From contig CAWAWS010000016.1 in NCBI GenBank assembly GCA_963785725.1, forward strand, positions 160,001 to 224,000: DNA of 64,000 nt. The letters run 5' to 3'. This document shows positions 44,229 through 53,045 of this stretch, piece by piece. The position numbers were made by a program, and so were the translations under genes. Source of the DNA: an uncultured delta proteobacterium (lineage in GTDB: Bacteria; Myxococcota_A; Polyangia; Palsa-1104). Under the pieces are notes generated by a model that ran no database searches, had not been told where the DNA came from, and saw nothing but the letters and a program-made list of their open reading frames with translations. Positions within the stretch are counted from its first letter, which is position 1. Every line of letters starts with the position of its first letter.

Positions 44229-45434
44229 TCAGCGACTGAGCGCGAACTGGTTGAAGCCGATCGTCGCCGAGTAGGTGGGCGCGCGCGGCCAGGCCACGAC
44301 ACCCACGACGACCCCGACCGCCAGCGCGCTCACCACCGTCGTCCACAGCCACGGCCGCTGCCACAGCGGCATACGCAAGGCCGGCCGCGCTTCGTCGTCG
44401 ATGCGCTGCTGACGCGGCATCGTCAGCTTCGGCGTCGGCGAAAGCTGCAGCGGCCGCGGGCTCACGATCGCCGGCGCCTCGAGCACCCCCAGCCGCGGCT
44501 CGCCACAGGGCGCGTCGTCGAGCCGCTTGACGAGCGCGGCCGCGCGCACCTCGGTCACGACCGCGCTCGCGCAGCGCGTCTGCAGCCGCTGCGCCGCGTA
44601 GGTCAGCGTGCCACCGTCGAGGCTGACGGCCGCCACGAAGACGGCGTCGACGCCGAGCGCCGCGCGCGCCGCCGCCACGCCGTCGACGCTCGGGCGCGCC
44701 GTCAAGCCGGCGATGGCCGCGGCCGCGCCGTCGCCGGCGGGCGCCTCCAGCGTCACGGTCGCGCCCGCCGCCGGCACGTCGACGAGCCGCGCGACGCCAT
44801 CGGCACGCACGAGATGCTCACCGACGGCAACGCCGACCGCCACGCCATTTTCGTGCGCATGCCCATCGATCGTAAACGCCGTCGTCGCCGTCACCGTCAG
44901 CGGCGCCGTCTTCGGCGTACGCGGCTTGACCGCGAGCAAAAAGGCGCGCGCCGCGTCCGGCCGCACCATCGCCTCGGTCAACTCCGTCGCCGGCTCGAGC
45001 GCCACCGCCCGTCGCCAGGCGCGCTCGGCCTCGCCGCGCCGGCCGAGCTCGAGCAGCGCCACGCCGCGCCACAGCGCCGCCGTCGCCGCTTCGGCCGCGA
45101 CGCCCGGTCGGGCCAGCTCGGGCGCGTACGCCGCTTCGGCCGCGCTCAATTCGCTCTCGGCGCGCGCCAGCTCCACGCGCGTCAACGCCTGCCGCCCCTC
45201 CGCGACGTGCGCTTGAGCACGCGCGAAGAAGGCGAGCTCGCCGCGATCGACCCAGCCGCCCGCCTGCGCCGCCGTCGCCGCGGCCACGGTGCGCTCGAGA
45301 TCCTCGGCGACGACTTCGGCACCGCTCGCCCTGACGGCGGCCACGAGCGCGCGCTCGGCCTCCGCTCGCCGCGCCGCCGCCCCGCCCGAGTCGGGCGCGT
45401 AGACCATGACCGCCACGGTCAACAGAAAGTGCAC
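44229..45434 (-). CDS. Exported TPR-like hypothetical protein with C-terminal hydrophobic anchor
   Basis: Helical ALWRGVALLELGRRGEAERAWRRAVALEP; PLWQRPWLWT..TM. Confidence 0.6.
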   Translation of the reverse strand: MHFLLTVAVMVYAPDSGGAAARRAEAERALVAAVRASGAEVVAEDLERTVAAATAAQAGGWVDRGELAFFARAQAHVAEGRQALTRVELARAESELSAAEAAYAPELARPGVAAEAATAALWRGVALLELGRRGEAERAWRRAVALEPATELTEAMVRPDAARAFLLAVKPRTPKTAPLTVTATTAFTIDGHAHENGVAVGVAVGEHLVRADGVARLVDVPAAGATVTLEAPAGDGAAAAIAGLTARPSVDGVAAARAALGVDAVFVAAVSLDGGTLTYAAQRLQTRCASAVVTEVRAAALVKRLDDAPCGEPRLGVLEAPAIVSPRPLQLSPTPKLTMPRQQRIDDEARPALRMPLWQRPWLWTTVVSALAVGVVVGVVAWPRAPTYSATIGFNQFALSR

Positions 45435-45467
45435 GCCCGACGATATCACGCGCTATGATCGACGACC

Positions 45468-46730
45468 ATGGAGCGCCCTCGCCTGCGTCCGTTGGAAGCC
45501 TTCCCCATCGACAAGCCGGGACAGAAGCTGCTCGGCCTGCGCGACCCGTCGGGGCTGACCGACTCGGTGGCGACGCTGCCGCCGGCCGCCGTCGCCGTCG
45601 TGCAGCTGTGCGACGGCGACACGACGCGCGACGAGATCTGCGCCGAGTTCTTCCGCCGCTACGGCTCGCCGCTCGCGCGCGCGCGACGCTCGATCGGCTG
45701 CTCGAGCAGCTCGACGACGCCTATCTGCTCGACTCGCGAGCGCTTTCGCAACCACTCGGCGTCGCTCTTCGGCGAGTTCGCGCGCTCGCCGGTTCGCGCC
45801 CGCGCATGCTGGCCGGCAAGAGCTATCCCGGCGACGCCGGCCAAGCTCGCCGGCGAGCTCGACGCGCTACTTCGCGCCGCCGCGCGGTCCCGGGCAAGCC
45901 GAGCGACGCTGCGACCGCTGCCGCGCGCCATCATCGCGCCGCACATCGACTTCGCGCGCGGCGGGCCGGCCTACGCGTGGGCCTATCGCCGCTCGCGCAA
46001 GCGTCGCGGGCGGCCCGAGCTGGTCGTCGTCTTCGGCACCGATCACAACGGCGCCGAGCAGCCGTTCACGCTCACGCGCAAGCACTACGAAACGCCGCTC
46101 GGCGCAGTGCGACACCGACGTCGCGCTCGTCGACCAGCTGGTCGCGCGCTACGACGAGCAGCCGGGCCGGCGCCGTCGCAGGCGCTCTTCAAGCGACGAG
46201 TATCATCATCGCGGCGAGCACTCGATCGAGTTCCAGATGGTGTGGCTGCGCCATATCTGGGAGCGCGCGCTGACGTCGATCAAGGTGCTGCCGATCCTGT
46301 GCGGCTCGCTGCAGGACTTCATCGACTCGGCGCGCGATCCCGCGCTGCCGATCGCTGTCGCGTCTTCTTCGCGACGCTCGACGACGAGCGTGGCCGGGCG
46401 GCAAGCGCGCCTGTGGATCGCCGGCGCCGATCTGGCGCACGTCGGCCCGCGCTTCGGCGACAAGGAGCCGCTCGACGACGACGACGCGACGTCGCTCGAG
46501 AAGTCGCGATCAGGCAGACACTGCGTCGCCTGCGCCGCGGCGACGCCGCCGCCTGGTTCGAAGAGCTGCGCAAAGAGCGCGATCGCCGTCGCGTCTGCGG
46601 TTTACCGCCGATCTTCGCCATGCTCGAGTGCGCCCAGCCGGGCACGGGCGAGCTCGCCGTTTACGCGCAGTGCCCCGCCGACGAGTCCGGCGGATCGCTC
46701 GTGTCGATTGCTTCACTCGTCTATCGCTAG
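45468..46730 (+). CDS. MEMO1 / AmmeMemoRadiSam system protein B, multiple frameshifts
   Basis: RPRLRPLEAFP, AGKSYP, APHIDFARGG, FGTDH, ETPLG, EHSIEFQ, GADLAHVGPRFGD, VCGLPP spread over frames. Confidence 0.85.
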   Translation: MERPRLRPLEAFPIDKPGQKLLGLRDPSGLTDSVATLPPAAVAVVQLCDGDTTRDEICAEFFRRYGSPLARARRSIGCSSSSTTPICSTRERFRNHSASLFGEFARSPVRARACWPARAIPATPAKLAGELDALLRAAARSRASRATLRPLPRAIIAPHIDFARGGPAYAWAYRRSRKRRGRPELVVVFGTDHNGAEQPFTLTRKHYETPLGAVRHRRRARRPAGRALRRAAGPAPSQALFKRRVSSSRRALDRVPDGVAAPYLGARADVDQGAADPVRLAAGLHRLGARSRAADRCRVFFATLDDERGRAASAPVDRRRRSGARRPALRRQGAARRRRRDVAREVAIRQTLRRLRRGDAAAWFEELRKERDRRRVCGLPPIFAMLECAQPGTGELAVYAQCPADESGGSLVSIASLVYR

Positions 46731-46758
46731 TGGGGGCTGATCGGTTAAGGTAACGCGC

Positions 46759-47001
46759 ATGTTCACCTGGGACGAGAAGCCGTCCACGTTCAAGCGCGCC
46801 TCCGAACGCCGTCGCGAGATGTATCGCCGTGAAGTCGCCGAGCGGGCGTCGCTGCTCATGCGGCTCGGTCACAAAGCGGCCGACGTCAAGACGCGCCTAG
46901 CGAAGACGGTGGCCTGGGACTTCGATCTGCAGGCGAACCCGGAGCACGCCGGCGAAGTCGATTCGATCGTCGACGACGTCTACAAGCGCAACCAGAAGTA
47001 A
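46759..47001 (+). CDS. Hypothetical 80-aa protein
   Basis: Clean GC3-biased ORF; TAAGGT 7 nt upstream of ATG. Confidence 0.65.
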   Translation: MFTWDEKPSTFKRASERRREMYRREVAERASLLMRLGHKAADVKTRLAKTVAWDFDLQANPEHAGEVDSIVDDVYKRNQK

Positions 47002-47028
47002 AAGTCCAAGTCAGTCTACGGAGGCACG

Positions 47029-47832
47029 ATGAACACAACGAAGGCGATGGCGTTGTTGGTCACGGCTGCGCTGGTTGGCGGCTGTGGCATCGACAAAGAA
47101 GTGTACGACGCCAAGGTGGCGGAGCTGCAGAAGACGCAGAACGAGCTCGATCAGCAGCGCAAAGACGCCGCCGAGGCCAAGCGCAAGTGCGACGAGCGTC
47201 AAGCCGAGCTCGACAACGAGAACCTGGCCATGAAGACGCGGCTCAAGGCGCTCGGCCAGGACATGTCGAAGATGTCGGGCGACATGGACGCGCAGAAGAA
47301 GCAGATGGCCGAGATGCAAAAGCGTCAGGAAGCGGCCGAGAAGCGCGCGCAGCAGTTCCGCGACATGATGGCCAAGTTCCGCTCGATGATCGACGCCGGC
47401 AAGCTGCAGGTCGAAGTGCGCAACGGCCTCATGCTCGTCAAGCTGCCGGACAACATCCTCTTCGACCCGGGCAAGACCGAGATCAAGCAGGCCGGCAAAG
47501 ACGCGATCGCGCAAGTGACGCAGATCTTGTCGGGAATCGAGGGCCGCAAGTTCCAGGTCGCCGGCCACACCGACAACATCCCGATCAAGAGCGCCAAGTT
47601 CAAGAGCAACTGGGAGCTGTCGACGGCGCGCGCGGTCGAGGTCACCAAGCTCATGATCGGCGACGGCATGGATCCGAAGCGCCTGTCGGCCGCCGGCTTC
47701 GCCGACGAGCTGCCGATCGGTGACAACGCGACCGACGAAGGCCGCCGCTCGAACCGCCGCATCGAGATCGTCGTGCAGCCGAACATCGAAGATCTGCCGG
47801 CGATGGACGATCTGAACAAGCCCGCCGCCTAA
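47029..47832 (+). CDS. OmpA/MotB-family lipoprotein with coiled coil
   Basis: GGAGG RBS; lipobox VGGC; GHTDNIPI...SNWELSTARA...NRRIEI. Confidence 0.9.
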   Translation: MNTTKAMALLVTAALVGGCGIDKEVYDAKVAELQKTQNELDQQRKDAAEAKRKCDERQAELDNENLAMKTRLKALGQDMSKMSGDMDAQKKQMAEMQKRQEAAEKRAQQFRDMMAKFRSMIDAGKLQVEVRNGLMLVKLPDNILFDPGKTEIKQAGKDAIAQVTQILSGIEGRKFQVAGHTDNIPIKSAKFKSNWELSTARAVEVTKLMIGDGMDPKRLSAAGFADELPIGDNATDEGRRSNRRIEIVVQPNIEDLPAMDDLNKPAA

Positions 47833-47878
47833 GCTCGCCTCGCGTCACCTTCCGACGCACGTTTTCCCGCACAACGCA

Positions 47879-48184
47879 ATGCAGCACCCCACCTTGACAT
47901 TCACAGGCGGGCCGGTTAAATCGGCTCCGAACTGTTTCGAGGCCCACTGCTTGAGTACCAATGCCTTTGCCGAGCTGGCGAACGTACCTTCCCTGCAAGA
48001 TCGGTGGGTTGCAATCGATCCCCGCGGTTCTGGTCGCGATAAAGACACGCCGCTTCGCGTCGCTTTGACGTCCGGCGCCGTGGTCGTCGACGCCGACGAC
48101 GAGCTCGATGTGCTCTGCGCCCGCTTGAAGGAAGCGCGCCGCACGTCGCTCACCATCGTGTACTGCGGCACGCGCCGCGACTGA
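47879..48184 (+). CDS. Hypothetical 101-aa protein
   Basis: ATG-started ORF filling the intergenic gap, protein-like composition. Confidence 0.5.
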   Translation: MQHPTLTFTGGPVKSAPNCFEAHCLSTNAFAELANVPSLQDRWVAIDPRGSGRDKDTPLRVALTSGAVVVDADDELDVLCARLKEARRTSLTIVYCGTRRD

Positions 48185-48192
48185 TTTCCCGC

Positions 48193-48765
48193 CTACGGCT
48201 GCGGCGCCGGCGCCGCGTCGAAGATCTCCGTCCGCGTCGTCTTCTCCGTCCGCTTCAACGTAAACGGCAAGTCGTTTTCGACCTTGTGTCCCTTGAACGG
48301 CGGGAACTTCAAGTCGTTGACGACGCCGCGCGCGCACTCCTGCACCGCCGGCGGCGCGCTGCCGCTGACCGTGATCCCGCCCGTATAACCCGGCGACTCG
48401 ACGATGTAGTGCACGACGATGCCGTATTCGCCCGCCGGCAGCTGGTCGAAGCAGGCGCGCACGAGCGGCAAGGCGCCGTCGACGACGCGGTTGAAGTCGG
48501 CCGCGCGCGGCCCCTGCGCGTCGCCGTTGAGCGTGCCGCCGTCGGGCATGCGCGGGCCCGACGCCACCGGCGGCAACGACGGCGCGGGCGCGGCCAGCGC
48601 CGCATCCACCGACGGCACCGCGACGGGTACGACGTCGCCGGGCGCGGCGACCGGCGCTTCCGGCTCGGCTTCGGGCGGCGCGTGATGACGGCGACAGCCT
48701 CCCGCCGCCGTGAGCGCGACGGCACCCAAGAACGACGCCGATAGCGACGATAGACGAACCCTCAT
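48193..48765 (-). CDS. Lipoprotein with AgmX/PglI/TonB-C-like C-terminal domain
   Basis: Lipobox AGGC; Pro-rich linker; VRACF...VQECARGVVNDLKFPPFKG..V...PF. Confidence 0.6.
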   Translation of the reverse strand: MRVRLSSLSASFLGAVALTAAGGCRRHHAPPEAEPEAPVAAPGDVVPVAVPSVDAALAAPAPSLPPVASGPRMPDGGTLNGDAQGPRAADFNRVVDGALPLVRACFDQLPAGEYGIVVHYIVESPGYTGGITVSGSAPPAVQECARGVVNDLKFPPFKGHKVENDLPFTLKRTEKTTRTEIFDAAPAPQP

Positions 48766-48832
48766 GGTTCCACCGTAAACGGCCCCGCCGCGACACGCAA
48801 ATGCGCCCATGCTGTGCTAGCCTTGATGCGCT

Positions 48833-50470
48833 TTGCTCATCTGCCCCACCTGCAAGTCGCACTTCCAGGGCGAGGAGCACTTCTGTCCCCGCGATGGGTC
48901 GCCGTTGGCTGCGTCGCTGCGGCGGTCGGAAGCCGGCGAGCCGACCGATCCCTTGCTCGGTCGCGTGCTCGGCGGTCGCTATCGCCTGCTCGAGCGGCTC
49001 GGCCAAGGCGGCATGGGCACCGTCTACCGCGCGACGCACACGCTCATGGAGAAGCCGGTCGCCGTCAAGATCCTGCGGCCGGAGATGGCGACGGACGCCG
49101 AAGCCATCGCTCGCTTTCACCGTGAAGCGCGCTCGGCGTCGCGGCTCGACCACGATCACTGCATCCGCGTCACCGACTTCGGCCAGTCCGACGACGCCCA
49201 CCTCTTCCTCGTCATGGAGCTGCTCGACGGCGTCAGCCTGTCGCACGTGACGCGCCGCGGTCCGGTGCCGCCGGGACGCGCGGCCGCGGTCGGTGTCGCC
49301 GTCGCCGAGGCGCTCGCCCACGCGCACGAGCAGGGCATCATTCACCGCGACCTCAAGCCCGACAACGTCTTTCTGGCCCGGCGCGCCAAAGGGCGCGAGA
49401 TCGTCAAAGTCCTCGACTTCGGTCTGGCCAAGCTGGCGTCGGACTCGGCGCTGGGCCCTTCGATCACCCGCGACGGCACGGTCTTCGGCACGCCCGAATA
49501 CATGGCGCCCGAGCAGGCCGAGGGCGAGAAGCTCGACGGCCGCACCGATCTCTACGCGCTCGGCGTCATCCTGTATCAGCTCGTCACCGGCGAAGTGCCG
49601 TTCAAGTCGCCGAATTTTGTCGCACTTTTGACCAAGCAGGTGACCGAGACGCCGCAGCCGCCACGCGAGCGCCGGCCCGATCTCGACATCGATCCCGGGC
49701 TCGAGCGGGTGATCATGCGCTGCCTGTCGAAGCGGCGCCAAGATCGCTTCGCGACGGCCGGTGAAGTCGCCGACGCGCTCGAGCCGTTCGCCGCCGCCGA
49801 TACGTCGCAGTCGTCGCTGCTCCTGCCGACGCGCGAGCTCGGGCACTCGGGCTCGATGTCGCAGCTCGTCTTGGCCACGACGCGCGACATGACCGCGCCC
49901 ACGCCGTCGCCGCAGCCGCCGCCCGACGAAAATACGCCGGCGAGCGGCGAGATCGCGCCGGCGCCGCGCACGTTCGCGCGCAGCCTGGCGCTCGGCCTGG
50001 GCGGGCTGGCGCTGCTCGTCGGCACGGCGTCGCTCGGCTTCGTCTTCGTCGGGCGTGCGCGCCGCCATCCGCCGGCGCCGCAAAATCAGCAGCCGACGTC
50101 CGTGGAGTCGCCGCTCGTGCGCGCCAAGCAGCTCCTCGGCGAAGGTGACGTCGACGGCGCCGACCAAGTGCTGCGCGCGGCGCGGCAGGCGGGCGACTCG
50201 GCCGAGCTGCAAGAGGCGATGTCGGAAGTGGCCGAGCAGCTCGGCAATCGACTGGGCGCGCTGGCGCATCTGCACCGCGCGGTCGCGCTGTCGCCGACCG
50301 ATGCCGAGCCGCGCGCGCGCCTGGCCGCGCTCTTGTTACGACTGGGACAGCCGGGCGAAGCCTGCCGTCAGGCGCGCCGCGCGCTGTCCATCGACGCCGG
50401 CCCGCGCGCGACCGCGGCGCGCTCCGTCGTCGCTCACGCCAAGTGCACTCTGCCGAAGGAGACTCCATGA
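48833..50470 (+). CDS. Ser/Thr protein kinase with N-terminal Zn ribbon, TM and TPR tail
   Basis: CPTC...FCPRDG; LGQGGMGTVY, HRDLKPDN, DFG, GTPEYMAPE. Confidence 0.93.
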   Translation: MLICPTCKSHFQGEEHFCPRDGSPLAASLRRSEAGEPTDPLLGRVLGGRYRLLERLGQGGMGTVYRATHTLMEKPVAVKILRPEMATDAEAIARFHREARSASRLDHDHCIRVTDFGQSDDAHLFLVMELLDGVSLSHVTRRGPVPPGRAAAVGVAVAEALAHAHEQGIIHRDLKPDNVFLARRAKGREIVKVLDFGLAKLASDSALGPSITRDGTVFGTPEYMAPEQAEGEKLDGRTDLYALGVILYQLVTGEVPFKSPNFVALLTKQVTETPQPPRERRPDLDIDPGLERVIMRCLSKRRQDRFATAGEVADALEPFAAADTSQSSLLLPTRELGHSGSMSQLVLATTRDMTAPTPSPQPPPDENTPASGEIAPAPRTFARSLALGLGGLALLVGTASLGFVFVGRARRHPPAPQNQQPTSVESPLVRAKQLLGEGDVDGADQVLRAARQAGDSAELQEAMSEVAEQLGNRLGALAHLHRAVALSPTDAEPRARLAALLLRLGQPGEACRQARRALSIDAGPRATAARSVVAHAKCTLPKETP

Positions 50471-50937
50471 AAACACTGCAGATCGGCGTCATCGCCGTCG
50501 CGGTAACGGTCGCAACCGCAGCCTTCGCCTCGAATTACGCGCTGGAAGAGATCCCGCAGGCGATCCCGACCGACGCGGCGACGAAGCTGAAGGGCGCCGG
50601 CATCACGACGACGTTCCAGCTGCTGGAAAAGGCGAGCGATCCCAAGACACGCCACGAGCTCGCGCACACGACGAAGCTGCCGGAAAAGACGCTCGAAGGC
50701 TGGGTGCAGATGGCGGACCTCCTGCGCATCAAGGGCGTTGGGCCGGACGTCGCACATCTGCTGGCGGCGTGCAGCGTGCGCACGGTCGCGCAGCTGAAAA
50801 CCCAAGACGCGGCCAGGCTCAACGACGAGATCATGAAAGTAAATTCGAGGCTGCACTTGAGCGAGAATCCGCCCTCCGTCGAGCACTTGCAGGCATGGAT
50901 CGCGCAGGCGCAGACGTTACCGATTGTCTTGAAATGA
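50467..50937 (+). CDS. Exported DUF4332-like helix-hairpin-helix protein
   Basis: WVQMADLLRIKGVGPDVAHLL...V.QL; ATGA overlap with the kinase. Confidence 0.78.
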   Translation: MKTLQIGVIAVAVTVATAAFASNYALEEIPQAIPTDAATKLKGAGITTTFQLLEKASDPKTRHELAHTTKLPEKTLEGWVQMADLLRIKGVGPDVAHLLAACSVRTVAQLKTQDAARLNDEIMKVNSRLHLSENPPSVEHLQAWIAQAQTLPIVLK

Positions 50938-51039
50938 CGTCGGCTTGGTAACGCGCCGGACACATGAAGACACATGCCGCTCGTCGCCGATTTGACGTGC
51001 AATGACGAAACTCAGTCGTGATATGCTTCCGCGGGTCCT

Positions 51040-53043
51040 ATGGAAATGACGTTCGACGGCCCCGCCCGCGGCGGTTCGCAGCCCGCGGCCGGGAGGTCGA
51101 GCCAACGCCTCGCCCCCGGCGTACGGCTCAATGATCGTTACGAGATCGAGGAGCTCCTCGGCCCCAGCCCCTACGGCGAGAATTATCGCGCCCGGGATTT
51201 GGCCTCGGGACAGCTGGTCGCCATCAAGGCGCTGGCCCCGGGCTTGGTGGCCGATGCGCCGACGATGGAGCGGCTGACGGCCGAGATCGCCGTCGCCGCC
51301 CAGCTCGATCACAAGAACATCGCCACGACCTACGGCCTCTTCGGCGCGCAGGTCGGCAACGATCCGGTCGCGTACATCGCCGGCGAGTTCGTCGACGGGC
51401 AAAGTTTGCGCGAGATGCTCGACAAGAAGCGCGCGACCGGCCGCGCCTTCTCGCTCAAGGGCGCCTACAACGTCATCGCTCACCTGTGCAACGCGCTCGT
51501 CTACGCGCACGGCGCGACGGTGCACGGCGCGCTCACGCCCGACGCCGTCATGGTCAATTCGGCCGGCCGCGTCAAAGTGTGCGACTTCGGCCTCGGCCGC
51601 GCGCTCAAGCCGACGTTCGACCCCGGCTCGCTGGCCGCGCTGGCGCCCGAGTCGAGCCGCGGCCCCGACGCGCTCGACGCGCGCGCCGACGTCTACTCGG
51701 TCGGCGTCATCCTGTTCGAGCTGCTGACCGGCCTCGTGCCGGCGCCGGCGACGACGAAGGCGCCGAGCTTGGCCGCGCCGGGCGTGGCGCCGTCGGTCGA
51801 TCCGGTGGTCGAGCAGTGCTTGCAGGTCGCGCCCGATGCCCGCTTCGCCGACGCGCAGACGCTCAAAGACGCGCTGCAGACGGCGTTGGCGGCCGATCTC
51901 GCGGGCCCGAACGCGCAGGCCGCCGCGGCGATTCCGGCGGCCAACAAGCCGCAGCCGAACGCGAGCGCCATGTCGTCGGCCCCGAAGCAGCCGTCGGCGC
52001 CCATGAAGCCGATGCCGATGGTGAACACGCCGACGCCGCCGCCCAGGCCGGTGGTGACGCCGACGCCGCCGCCGATCTCCTCGGCGCCCAAGCCGCCGAT
52101 GCCGCAGCGGCCGCCGCAGACACCGCCGCCGCAGCAGCAGCTGGCGCCGGGACAGTCGGGATCGATGTCGCGGCCGCAGCTGCCGTCGGTGCCGAAGTCT
52201 TTCAACGTCGACGCCGCGCTCTCCGCCGTCGACGACACGAGCGAGCGCTGGCTGATTCAGAAGGACAAGCTCGACTTCGGGCCCTTCAACATGCGCGAAG
52301 TGCGCTCGCAGATCGAGACCGGCAAGATCCAAGGCGAGCACGTCATCATCGACACCGAGAACGGCGAGCGGCGCAAGGTCAAGGACCACCCGCAGCTGCG
52401 CGCCGCCGTGACCGAGGCCGAAGCCCGCCTCTCGCTCGAGCAGCGCGAAAAAGAGGAAGCCTCCGAGCGCAAGAAGCACCGCGGCATGATCACGGTCTTG
52501 CTCGCCGGCATCTTCCTCGCCGTGATCTTCGGCGGCGGCGGAATCTTCTGGTATTACCAGCATCACCAGAAGGTCGTCGTGCAAAAGGAGCTGGTGCGCG
52601 ACGACTCCTACGACTTCATGAAGGGCGTCGAGATCTCGATGAAGGTCGATCCGCCCGCGCCCAAAAAGCCCGGCGGCGGCCACTCCGGTCCGCGCAAGTC
52701 GAAGAACGGCAAGGACGAGTTCAGCGACGTCACCAACTTGGGCGACGCGTCGGAGGGCGGCGGCGAGGAGACGCTCGGGCAGGACGTCGTGCAGCGCGTG
52801 ATGACGCAGAACTTCCGCGTCCTCGTCGGCTGCATCTCCGAAGAGCGGCGGCGCAACTCGTCGCTGCACGCCGTCGACATGGACTTCATCATCAAAGGCT
52901 CGGGCCAGGTCTCGGCGGTCAAGGTCAACGGCTCGACGTCGTCGACGCTCGCCGGCTGCATGTACGGCAAGATGCAGTCGGTCGCCTTCCCCAAGTTCAA
53001 CGGCAACAAGACGCACGCAAGCTTCTCGCTGGCCCTCAAGTAG
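51040..53043 (+). CDS. Pseudokinase - Pro-rich linker - GYF_2-like - TM - AgmX/PglI-like C-terminal domain
   Basis: Kinase fold (VAIK, DFG, APE, ADVYSVG) but glycine loop GPSPYG and catalytic loop HGALTPDA. Confidence 0.8.
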   Translation: MEMTFDGPARGGSQPAAGRSSQRLAPGVRLNDRYEIEELLGPSPYGENYRARDLASGQLVAIKALAPGLVADAPTMERLTAEIAVAAQLDHKNIATTYGLFGAQVGNDPVAYIAGEFVDGQSLREMLDKKRATGRAFSLKGAYNVIAHLCNALVYAHGATVHGALTPDAVMVNSAGRVKVCDFGLGRALKPTFDPGSLAALAPESSRGPDALDARADVYSVGVILFELLTGLVPAPATTKAPSLAAPGVAPSVDPVVEQCLQVAPDARFADAQTLKDALQTALAADLAGPNAQAAAAIPAANKPQPNASAMSSAPKQPSAPMKPMPMVNTPTPPPRPVVTPTPPPISSAPKPPMPQRPPQTPPPQQQLAPGQSGSMSRPQLPSVPKSFNVDAALSAVDDTSERWLIQKDKLDFGPFNMREVRSQIETGKIQGEHVIIDTENGERRKVKDHPQLRAAVTEAEARLSLEQREKEEASERKKHRGMITVLLAGIFLAVIFGGGGIFWYYQHHQKVVVQKELVRDDSYDFMKGVEISMKVDPPAPKKPGGGHSGPRKSKNGKDEFSDVTNLGDASEGGGEETLGQDVVQRVMTQNFRVLVGCISEERRRNSSLHAVDMDFIIKGSGQVSAVKVNGSTSSTLAGCMYGKMQSVAFPKFNGNKTHASFSLALK

Positions 53044-53045
53044 CA

